32,000 bases of DNA from positions 3,150,001 through 3,182,000 of the forward strand of contig NZ_CP011041.1 of the NCBI RefSeq assembly GCF_002310835.1, given 5' to 3'. This stretch comes from Pseudoalteromonas tetraodonis (GTDB lineage Bacteria > Pseudomonadota > Gammaproteobacteria > Enterobacterales > Alteromonadaceae). Shown one piece after another: positions 10,316-17,966 of this stretch; positions within the stretch are counted from its first letter, which is position 1; every line of letters starts with the position of its first letter. The notes beneath the pieces are model-generated. The model did not search any database. It had not been told where the DNA came from and worked only from the letters and a program-made list of their open reading frames with translations. The position numbers and the translations under genes were made by a program.

Positions 10316-11173
10316 CTAAATTTGCGCTGAAAATTCGCTCTGAATCGCGGGTGATGTCGCCAGTTGATAAAAGCTAGCAATGCGTCCTGCACGCGCTTCA
10401 ACTTCAATATCACGCGATTGTTCTTCGCTTTTAGCGGTTTTTACTTCTGAACTTTCACTATTAGAAAACGACTCACTGACTCTGCTTTTATCTTCGCTGC
10501 TGTCTTCGTCATCAGCTGAAGCTAACTCAGCTTGTGCGGCAGCCATTTTCTGTGTGGCGTCTGCCGCAATCGCTCTGTCGGCACCTGAGGGTTCTGCTGG
10601 TGCTAGTGCAGCAGCACGTACCGTTTGCATTTTATCGATGGTTGCTTGCGGATCGCCATTGATAACCCCAACATCAATCGGTACTTCACCACCTACGGCA
10701 TAATTAGTGCCATCGGGGCCTATTTGGTATTCGTAACTGGGTGAACCGGCATATTGTCCACCAACAGCCGCATGCGCTTGCTCGTGGGTTCGCACTTCGG
10801 TATCGCGAGCTTTGAGCTCTTTAATTTGTTGCTGTTCTTGCTCAAGTTGAAGCTCTTCTTGCTCACTAACTTCTTCGGCAGCTTGCTGTTTTTCTTGCTC
10901 GGCATCATCTTGATCACTATCAGCATTGCCTTCGCGTTGTTCAATAGTTTTGTTGTCTGCAATTTTGCCGCTTGCAGTATAAGTTGAACTATCGCTGTTA
11001 CCAGGTAGTTTGGCTTTTTCTGCATCACTTTGAGCTTTGTTTTCAGTACTACCGGCGGTGTTTGCAGCGGCTGGGGGAATGACTTCACGTAACTGATTGT
11101 CACGCCGAGCAGTCTCCGTATAAACATTTGCAGTGTTTATATTGATAGACGGAAACGGCGTGACGATATTCAT
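10316..11173 (-). CDS. Acidic SprA-related family protein with an HExxH motif (putative metalloprotease, uncharacterised)
   Basis: 285 aa, Asp/Glu/Gln-rich low complexity around one conserved block: KARDTEVRTHEQAHAAVGGQYAGSPSYEYQIGPDGTNYAVGGEVPID. HEQAH is encoded at 10772..10786. The GGEV motif matches my memory of the SprA-related family. No signal peptide. The start lies 6 nt after the upstream ORF's stop. Confidence 0.7.
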   Translation of the reverse strand: MNIVTPFPSININTANVYTETARRDNQLREVIPPAAANTAGSTENKAQSDAEKAKLPGNSDSSTYTASGKIADNKTIEQREGNADSDQDDAEQEKQQAAEEVSEQEELQLEQEQQQIKELKARDTEVRTHEQAHAAVGGQYAGSPSYEYQIGPDGTNYAVGGEVPIDVGVINGDPQATIDKMQTVRAAALAPAEPSGADRAIAADATQKMAAAQAELASADDEDSSEDKSRVSESFSNSESSEVKTAKSEEQSRDIEVEARAGRIASFYQLATSPAIQSEFSAQI

Positions 11174-11179
11174 GAGGAA

Positions 11180-11488
11180 TTACACTTTAATATCAACTAA
11201 AGTGCCTAGTACATCATCTGCAGTTTGAATTGATTGCGTGTTAGCCTTGGCATTAAACTCTTCAACTTTTAAGTTTACTAATGCATCATCAATTCGTGCA
11301 GGTTGGGATACCGGCGCGGTTACGGCTTCTTCAGGGCGAGCAGCCGTTAATTGACGTTGCTGCGCTAATTGAGAATCATCTTGCTGCTCTATGCTGGCAC
11401 GGTTAATCTCAGCGCTGGCCTTTTCAATACCTTGGCTGGCTCTATTAAACCCTTCAACACCGCTATTAAATACAGATCCAATCGGCAT
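11180..11488 (-). CDS. Small protein (102 aa) with a flagellar rod/hook-like C-terminal segment
   Basis: GGAGG lies 9 nt upstream of ATG 11488. The C-terminal ~35 aa (DDALVNLKVEEFNAKANTQSIQTADDVLGTLVDIKV, nt 11183..11290) resemble the conserved C-terminus of FlgB/C/F/G (..VNMI.AQR.Y.AN.K.I.TAD.ML..L). The rest is Gln/Ala-rich with no recognisable core domain. Confidence 0.6.
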   Translation of the reverse strand: MPIGSVFNSGVEGFNRASQGIEKASAEINRASIEQQDDSQLAQQRQLTAARPEEAVTAPVSQPARIDDALVNLKVEEFNAKANTQSIQTADDVLGTLVDIKV

Positions 11489-11580
11489 AATAATAAACCT
11501 CCAGCAAATAAATATTGTTTAATTATCGCTCAAAAATCACGCAAAATAAAGCTTTAAACCGCTGTATTCATGGCTTTGCT

Positions 11581-12318
11581 TCAAAGCATTGATTTAACGG
11601 CAGATAAAAATTCGTTTTTATGAGAAATAAATGGCGCATGTGATGCTTTGTCTATCACTTCGTACTCAAAGTCAGAATTAAGTGCGACCATTTTTTCAAT
11701 TGCTCGATAAGGAACGAGAGAGTCTAAACGCCCAAAAATTCCACTAATCGCGACGGGACAGTGAGAAAATAATTCACGTAAGTCTTCACTTTGCAGTATA
11801 TCTAACCCCACACTTAATGCTTGATTACTCGGCGGCGGTGACTGACTCAATAGTTGTTTTAGCTGTTTTACATCATCTCGCGCCGACTCACTGCCCATCG
11901 CTTGAATCGCCAAAAAGCGCTCTATCGTTTTTGAACGCTCTTGCAATAGCTGTTCTTTAAACTGTGTGAGCACTTTAGGTTTAATACCTTCCCAGGGCAA
12001 TTGCTCTACAAAAAAAGGAGTAGAGGCAACTAAAATAACTTTTGACACTTTTTCTGGCCAATGTTTGGCAATATAAATGGCAAACAAACCGCCTAAAGAC
12101 CATCCCATCAAAACAGATTTTGGTTTTAATTGCTGACTCACCAACTGAGCTGCATCATGTAAAGTATACGGATCCAAAGAGACATCATGATCACCGTAAC
12201 CAGGTAAGTCTAAACAACGTACCTTACCAGAATATAAAAATTCTAATTCTGGTTTTATTAACTGCCACACGCCTTGGTTCATTCCCCAACCATGCAACAA
12301 CACACATTCATTTTGCAT
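11581..12318 (-). CDS. bioH: Pimeloyl-ACP methyl ester esterase BioH (alpha/beta hydrolase)
   Basis: 245 aa with LLHGWGMN, nucleophile elbow MGWSLGG, PWEGIKP, ERFLA.QAMGSE and AHAPFISH, colinear with E. coli BioH. Divergent from comF as in E. coli (bioH / gntX). Confidence 0.85.
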   Translation of the reverse strand: MQNECVLLHGWGMNQGVWQLIKPELEFLYSGKVRCLDLPGYGDHDVSLDPYTLHDAAQLVSQQLKPKSVLMGWSLGGLFAIYIAKHWPEKVSKVILVASTPFFVEQLPWEGIKPKVLTQFKEQLLQERSKTIERFLAIQAMGSESARDDVKQLKQLLSQSPPPSNQALSVGLDILQSEDLRELFSHCPVAISGIFGRLDSLVPYRAIEKMVALNSDFEYEVIDKASHAPFISHKNEFLSAVKSML

Positions 12319-12392
12319 ATTTGCCTAACCTTAACCAAACTTAAATCTATGATAGCGTTTTAGGGGGAGTTTGTAATGAGGAGAATCAGCGA

Positions 12393-13070
12393 ATGAAACT
12401 TAGCCTAACTGATTGGCTGTTTCCCTCGTATTGCGTGTTGTGCCAGAATCAGATACACAGCTCAATGGGACTATGTCAGTTTTGTTTAGATGACCTGCCT
12501 TTGCTAGATTTGGCTGAGTATGACAATTTATTTTACCGCCCAGATATTGTAGAAATGTTTCCTAACTGCAGCTTTGAGAAACTATTTGCCTGTGCTTTTT
12601 ATCAACCCCCTTTTGATTTATGGCTAAAACAACTCAAATTTAATAATCAAATTCATTACAAAAAAGCACTACAGCAAGTCATCAAAAAACAACTTACTAT
12701 TTTTACTAATAAACAGCATTTAGCTGCTGCTGTATTTATTATTTTACCTTTGCACAAGTCGCGTTTTTTTAGTCGAGGATTTAATCAGGTTACCCAAGTA
12801 TGGCAGCCTTGTTTGTCATCCTTTAAGGTCTTGAATAATGTTTTAATACGCAATAAAAACACCTCGGCACAGTCACAACTGAGCAAAACAAAGCGGATAA
12901 AAAATTTACAGCAGGCTTTTTCATGTACTGCCAATTTAGAGGGTAAAACGGTGGTCATTATTGATGATATTATGACCACAGGTGCAACACTCAATGCAGC
13001 CACCTTGTCGCTAAAAGAAGCGGGCGCTAAACAAGTCTGGGCATTTACGACCTGTTTAACGCCACTTTAG
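12393..13070 (+). CDS. comF: ComF/GntX family amidophosphoribosyltransferase-like competence protein
   Basis: 225 aa. N-terminal Cys4 (C.LC ... C.FC) and C-terminal PRTase motif VVIIDDIMTTGATL. Syntenic position next to bioH. Confidence 0.8.
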   Translation: MKLSLTDWLFPSYCVLCQNQIHSSMGLCQFCLDDLPLLDLAEYDNLFYRPDIVEMFPNCSFEKLFACAFYQPPFDLWLKQLKFNNQIHYKKALQQVIKKQLTIFTNKQHLAAAVFIILPLHKSRFFSRGFNQVTQVWQPCLSSFKVLNNVLIRNKNTSAQSQLSKTKRIKNLQQAFSCTANLEGKTVVIIDDIMTTGATLNAATLSLKEAGAKQVWAFTTCLTPL

Positions 13071-13072
13071 AT

Positions 13073-15622
13073 TTAGTTACCACTGACACGAAAGGTATGA
13101 CCGAAAAATAAAGCGTTACTTAATAATCGGCTGGTGCCATACCAGTAACCTCTAAATACAGGGTTGTCTGTCATCGCAATCACACTACCTCGACCATAAG
13201 AGTGAGCCATTAGCGCAGCACCGCCGGCCACTTGCTCTACATTAACTGCATCAGTAAAACCAGCAAGTAACGGCTGTTGTGTATAGGTGAGTATATTTAC
13301 AAACGGCGCTTGAGAGGCTTCAAGTAACCAGGTACTGTTTTTAAATACTGGCAGTGTGTCACGCTTAAATGAAAACGTCAGTGGGTGCGTTGTATCTACA
13401 TCAGTATTAAATATAGCGCCTGCAATACGCTGGCGACCCGCTAGATGGTCTTTGTCTGCATATTTTAAACCTTGAGTATCAAATGCGCTGGCAACATCTT
13501 TACGTGATAAGTAGTTTGCTTTTAATAACTGCTGATCAGCTAAGAACTTTGCCCCGCCTTTATGACCCCAAATAACGCCGCCTTTTCTCACCCAGCTTTT
13601 AATTGCCACTTTGTCGGTATCAGATAACGTCGCATAATCGCCATGCGCCAAAACAATATGGCTGTAATTACTGAGCTCTAAAGACGCTAAACGGTTCATT
13701 TCAACAATGGTAGGCGCTACGCCTACAAAGCGATCTAGGTAATACCACACTTCACCTGCTTCATATTGGCTAACCCCTTTACCGCCAACTAATAACACCT
13801 TAGGCGCAGAAACAACCGCCATAGAGCGCGAGCCTAAGTCGGCACCTTTACTGGTTAAGCCTGTGGTAATTGGCTTAATTTCAATATCAAATTGGCTTTG
13901 TGCTTGATTTAGCTTTGCCACCCAATCAGTCTCTGTTTGCAGTCCTGCAGGGATAATAATACTGCCAGCATCAAAATTTATCTCATTACTCGTTGATGTT
14001 GCGGTTAATGGTTTTAATGCAACACGTGCTTTAATACCTTGCTGTAACAGACTATTGAGCATTTTTGGGGCAAGCATGTCGTCCCAAGCAAATCCGTAGG
14101 CATAGTTTTTAGTTAGCGGCGTTAAAACAGGCTGTTTTGCTTTTTGCCAAGCCGTAGTATCAACCTCTAATCCCCAGCGGCTGTTTACTTTAGCAAATGG
14201 TAAATTAAACGCATGCGCTAATGTCCAACCTGATACATCGTAAAAAGTGTTATCGGCAAAGTTTTGCTGTTCACTAAAAATAGCTTTAACTAATCGGTAT
14301 TGTGGTTGCGCAAGCGGCACAAAATAGCTATTAGCGGTAAAGTTTTTACCTTCAGCTTTTAGTCCCTCTTTAACTGGATAAGCATTAATTTGGTGCTGTT
14401 TAAGTATGCTTAAAAAGTCGTTAGTACGTGTTTTGTCTTCCCCACCTTGAACAATATAGCCTTGATAGTCTTCATCTTTGGCAAGCTCAACCGCTTTGTT
14501 ATAAAAGTTAGCCTGATACTCAAGTAAAGCTTGGCGGTTATCAATCGCTGCTTTAAACGTAGATAAGCTGGTTAAAAGTTGGTTTTTAATCGTAAACGCA
14601 AAAGTTAGCGGGCCATTGATCGTTTCTTGAATATGGCCACGAGAACTTGCTTGTTCAAATAAAATACCGACACCACCATTTACATCAGGGTAAGTTGAAC
14701 CTTTGCCATAATAAAAGTCATCAAAGCTTTCTTCTGTAAAATACAGTGCGTTGTTTTCATCTAAAGTTTTTGCATGATAATTTGCAATTGCTTTGGTTAG
14801 GCTCACATTTTCTTCAGGGGTAATGGGGTGTTTACGACTTGGGATCCCTGGTTGGAAAAAATAGCTACTGTTTGGTCCCATTTCATGAAAGTCAGTTAAA
14901 ATATTAGGTTTCCAATAATGAAACTTGGCTATACGCGCTCGCGACTCAGGGTGCTGCAGTAAAAGCCAATCACGATTTAAATCAAACCAGTAATGATTGG
15001 TACGGCTACTTGGCCAGCTCTCTACATGCTCACGCGTTTGCGGATCTGACGATAAGTTCATTCCACGATTACTATTAGCCCAATTAGCAAAACGTGCTAA
15101 GCCGTCTGGGTTAAGCGACGGATCGAGTAAAATCACCGTGTTGTTAAGTAGCTCATTTATTTCATCACCTTGCGCGGCTGCTAAATAATAAGCCACTAGC
15201 AAGGCAGCATTACTCCCTGACGATTCGTTCCCATGAACACTGTAACCCATCCACACAACACTTGGCTGCTCCGCTGTTTTATTGTTTGAATTATTTAGGC
15301 GAGCTAAGTGTGCTTGGCGAGTTTGCTCTATATTTTTTAGTTTGTTAGCTGCGGTAATAGTGAGCATAACTAGTGGGCGCTGCTCATGAGTACGGCCTAT
15401 TACTTCAAAATTAATTCGATCGCTTTTTTGAGCTAAAATTTCCATGTAGCGAACAAGTTGGTCATGCCTTACATGCCATTCACCCACTTGATAACCAAGT
15501 ACTTTTTCAGGTGTTGGAATGCTGGGATCAAATTCAACCTGTTGCTCAAAATAATACGACAGGGGCTTTGCCACACTTGAAAAACTGGCTAGTATCACCA
15601 TTACTGTTAATATAAACCGCAT
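13073..15622 (-). CDS. Secreted M14-family zinc carboxypeptidase with a ~450-aa C-terminal extension
   Basis: The ORF runs to 15754, but ATG 15622 gives a clean signal peptide (MRFILTVMVILASFSSVAKP). Zn ligand motif YSVHGNESSG (HxxE) and a later TDFHEMG. The C-terminal half (..VLLVGGKGVSQYEAGEVWYYLD..HIVLAHGDY..GGVIWGHKGG) looks like a GATase1/DJ-1-like fold by eye. Confidence 0.8.
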   Translation of the reverse strand: MRFILTVMVILASFSSVAKPLSYYFEQQVEFDPSIPTPEKVLGYQVGEWHVRHDQLVRYMEILAQKSDRINFEVIGRTHEQRPLVMLTITAANKLKNIEQTRQAHLARLNNSNNKTAEQPSVVWMGYSVHGNESSGSNAALLVAYYLAAAQGDEINELLNNTVILLDPSLNPDGLARFANWANSNRGMNLSSDPQTREHVESWPSSRTNHYWFDLNRDWLLLQHPESRARIAKFHYWKPNILTDFHEMGPNSSYFFQPGIPSRKHPITPEENVSLTKAIANYHAKTLDENNALYFTEESFDDFYYGKGSTYPDVNGGVGILFEQASSRGHIQETINGPLTFAFTIKNQLLTSLSTFKAAIDNRQALLEYQANFYNKAVELAKDEDYQGYIVQGGEDKTRTNDFLSILKQHQINAYPVKEGLKAEGKNFTANSYFVPLAQPQYRLVKAIFSEQQNFADNTFYDVSGWTLAHAFNLPFAKVNSRWGLEVDTTAWQKAKQPVLTPLTKNYAYGFAWDDMLAPKMLNSLLQQGIKARVALKPLTATSTSNEINFDAGSIIIPAGLQTETDWVAKLNQAQSQFDIEIKPITTGLTSKGADLGSRSMAVVSAPKVLLVGGKGVSQYEAGEVWYYLDRFVGVAPTIVEMNRLASLELSNYSHIVLAHGDYATLSDTDKVAIKSWVRKGGVIWGHKGGAKFLADQQLLKANYLSRKDVASAFDTQGLKYADKDHLAGRQRIAGAIFNTDVDTTHPLTFSFKRDTLPVFKNSTWLLEASQAPFVNILTYTQQPLLAGFTDAVNVEQVAGGAALMAHSYGRGSVIAMTDNPVFRGYWYGTSRLLSNALFFGHTFRVSGN

Positions 15623-15733
15623 ATAAATCACTCTAAAAATGTTTGTTAATTGCACGCTACCATTGCTTAAAATAGATGCCAACTTTTTACGTTCAACACT
15701 AGCCGCAACACGATGAGCGGAGTATGATATGCA

Positions 15734-15758
15734 GTATCCGAGTAATTTAGTCAAGTAT
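15734..15758. promoter_or_regulatory. Candidate IscR type-1 operator upstream of nfuA
   Basis: gtatccgagtaatttagtcaagtat matches the type-1 IscR consensus ATASYYGACTRWWWYAGTCRRSTAT at 22 of 25 positions by hand count. It ends 10 nt before the nfuA ATG. As I recall, E. coli nfuA (yhgI) is a known type-1 IscR target. Confidence 0.5.
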
Positions 15759-15768
15759 AGACGGTTTT

Positions 15769-16344
15769 ATGATTTCAATTTCCGAAACAGCGCAAGCGCA
15801 TTTTGCTAAGCTATTAGCAGATCAATCTCAACAAACGAATATTCGTGTGTTTGTTGTTAATCCTGGTACATCACAAGCTGAATGTGGTGTTTCTTATTGT
15901 CCAGAAGACGCGGTAGAAGAGAGCGATATTCGCCTAAACTTTAACGGTTTTGACGCTGTTGTTGATGCCGAAAGCGCGCCTTTTTTAGCCGAAGCTGAAA
16001 TTGATTTTGTTACTGACAAAATGGGCACGCAGCTAACTCTAAAAGCGCCTAATGCTAAAGCACGTAAGCTAGGTGAAGACGCAAGCCTAAATGAACGCGT
16101 TCAACACATGTTAGAAACAGAAGTTAACCCACAACTTGCAAATCATGGCGGCCAAGTAAGCTTAGTAGAGATCACCGCTGCTGGTATTGCTGTGCTTCAA
16201 TTTGGTGGTGGTTGTAATGGTTGCTCTATGATTGATGTCACACTAAAAGAAGGCATTGAAAAAGAAATGATTGCTAAGTTTGATGAGATCACCGGTGTGG
16301 CTGACATAACCGATCACGAAGCTGGCGAGCACTCTTATTACTAA
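15769..16344 (+). CDS. nfuA: Fe-S cluster carrier protein NfuA
   Basis: 191 aa with [33 protein letters not shown] and [38 protein letters not shown], ending GEHSYY. Nearly colinear with E. coli NfuA. Confidence 0.95.
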   Translation: MISISETAQAHFAKLLADQSQQTNIRVFVVNPGTSQAECGVSYCPEDAVEESDIRLNFNGFDAVVDAESAPFLAEAEIDFVTDKMGTQLTLKAPNAKARKLGEDASLNERVQHMLETEVNPQLANHGGQVSLVEITAAGIAVLQFGGGCNGCSMIDVTLKEGIEKEMIAKFDEITGVADITDHEAGEHSYY

Positions 16345-16357
16345 GTATTAACCCACT

Positions 16358-16627
16358 ATGCTAAAGCCACTCATTTACCGCTTAGGGAGCGACCCTAAGT
16401 TGAGTCTAAAGCGCTTTTTTCGCGGCCTAGCACTGTTTGTGCTGGCCGTGATATTTATCACTTTGGGTTATTACAGTCATTATAGTTTACAAGTCATTGG
16501 CATAGTAATTTTAGCGCCGGCATTGTTTTTTGCATTCTGGGGCTACGCGGGTATTTTTGCCAATCGTTTTTCGCAAGTATTGAAAAACATTCCTGCCAAA
16601 AATAACGACCCCGATCTATGGAAATAA
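16358..16627 (+). CDS. Hypothetical small membrane protein (2 predicted TM helices)
   Basis: 89 aa with two hydrophobic stretches (LALFVLAVIFITLGYY and VIGIVILAPALFFAFWGYAGIF). No clear Shine-Dalgarno sequence and no family recognised. Confidence 0.4.
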   Translation: MLKPLIYRLGSDPKLSLKRFFRGLALFVLAVIFITLGYYSHYSLQVIGIVILAPALFFAFWGYAGIFANRFSQVLKNIPAKNNDPDLWK

Positions 16628-16631
16628 CGGT

Positions 16632-17966
16632 TTAATCAAGTAATTGATTATTAGTTTTTAGCTGCTGATATTTAATTATAAGTGTTACACCCCGCATTAG
16701 CATAAAGCAACTCATTGCCAACCATAAGCCATTATTTTGCCATTCCTTAAATAGCCAAAACACCCCAAAAAAACCTATTGTCGCCGATAACAGCATACTA
16801 TTTCGCATTGCTTTAGCACGTGTTAAACCAACGAATATACCATCAAACAAAAAACAACTCATTGCTAAAATTGGCAGCACAATTACCCACGGTAAGTAAT
16901 CAGTAGCCTCTTCAATAACCTCAGGTACATTAGTCAACAGCTTTATAATAGAGCTGCCAAATAATATAAAAAATACACTATACAAAATGCCAAACAACAT
17001 GCCCCAAAATACGCTTATTTTTACCCATAGCCTTATCTTTTCAACACTTTGTTGACCTTTCGCTTGGCCTACTTTTGCCTCGCTCGCATAAGCAATTCCA
17101 TCAAGCGCAAAGCTGACCAACATTAAAAAGTTGAGTAGTACCGCATTGGCTGCCAATGTAGTTTCACCTATACGTGCAGCATAAAAGGTCATAAAGCTAA
17201 AACATAACTGCAATACTAAAGAGCGAATAAAAATATCGCGATTTAAACTTAATAATCCTGCCATTTTTTCCATGCTAAACCAATTTGCAACCGCTAAACT
17301 TATGCCCTGTTTTTTAGCTAGCTGAACCACTAACAGCAAAGCAAAAATTAAAGCCGTGTAATCCGCTATTAATGATGCCCAAGCCGCCCCTGCAACCGCC
17401 CAATCAAGATAAACTACAAAATAAATGTCGAGTACAATATTGGTAATATTAGTGACTAACAATAAATAAAATGGCCCTCGCCCATAATGAACGCCGAGCA
17501 TCCAGCCTAATAATACTAAGTTACATAGCGCTGCTGGGGCGCTAAAAATACGAATACTAAAATACCGATAGGCCTCATTGAGCACATCACTATTGGCAGC
17601 AGATAAATACGCAATGGCATGTTTTATAAGGGGGGATAATAAAATCAGAATTAGAGCTACGCTGCTGGCCAATAACAAACTGCGCTTAAGTAAAGCTGCA
17701 AGCTGAGTTAAATCATTTTTACCGTAAGCCTGTGCCACCAGCCCAGTGGTGCTCATTCTTAAAAAACCAGCAAGCCAAAATAAAATGGAGATCACGGTAG
17801 AACCTAAGGCAATTCCCGCTAAATAATGCGCACTCCCCAGGTGACCAATCACTGCCGTATCAACAATTCCTAACAACGGCACAGTAATATTTGATAATAT
17901 CATTGGACCGGCTAACAACAACAAGCTTTTATGGTGTGCTTTATTATGTATAAGAAATTGTTTCAT
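16632..17966 (-). CDS. dinF: MATE family efflux transporter, DinF type
   Basis: 444 aa, about 12 TM helices. N-terminus KSLLLLAGPMILSNITVPLLGIVDTAVIGHLG parallels E. coli DinF (LALPMIFSNITVPLLGLVDTAVIGHL). The only in-frame start upstream of this block is ATG 17966. Confidence 0.85.
   Translation of the reverse strand: MKQFLIHNKAHHKSLLLLAGPMILSNITVPLLGIVDTAVIGHLGSAHYLAGIALGSTVISILFWLAGFLRMSTTGLVAQAYGKNDLTQLAALLKRSLLLASSVALILILLSPLIKHAIAYLSAANSDVLNEAYRYFSIRIFSAPAALCNLVLLGWMLGVHYGRGPFYLLLVTNITNIVLDIYFVVYLDWAVAGAAWASLIADYTALIFALLLVVQLAKKQGISLAVANWFSMEKMAGLLSLNRDIFIRSLVLQLCFSFMTFYAARIGETTLAANAVLLNFLMLVSFALDGIAYASEAKVGQAKGQQSVEKIRLWVKISVFWGMLFGILYSVFFILFGSSIIKLLTNVPEVIEEATDYLPWVIVLPILAMSCFLFDGIFVGLTRAKAMRNSMLLSATIGFFGVFWLFKEWQNNGLWLAMSCFMLMRGVTLIIKYQQLKTNNQLLD

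Noticed and set aside
10720-11127. 135-aa Lys-rich ORF in an alternative frame of the SprA-related gene, plus plus-strand ORFs 10380..10703 and 10754..10987
   Set aside because: Frame-shifted reading of the GAA/CAA-rich acidic region gives AAG/AAA runs. There is no ribosome binding site, and the annotated frame carries the conserved HExxH/GGEV block.
11523-11556. GCGATAA (sigma-28 -10-like) and TAAAG upstream of the rod-like mini-protein operon
   Set aside because: The spacing between the two elements is about 7 nt too long for a FliA promoter. The same bases also read as a plain sigma-70 -10 (GATAAT). It remains worth testing experimentally but is not supportable from sequence.
15623-15754. 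44-codon N-terminal extension of the M14 peptidase ORF
   Set aside because: The extension would bury an otherwise perfect signal peptide starting at ATG 15622, and it would overlap the nfuA promoter and IscR-like site.
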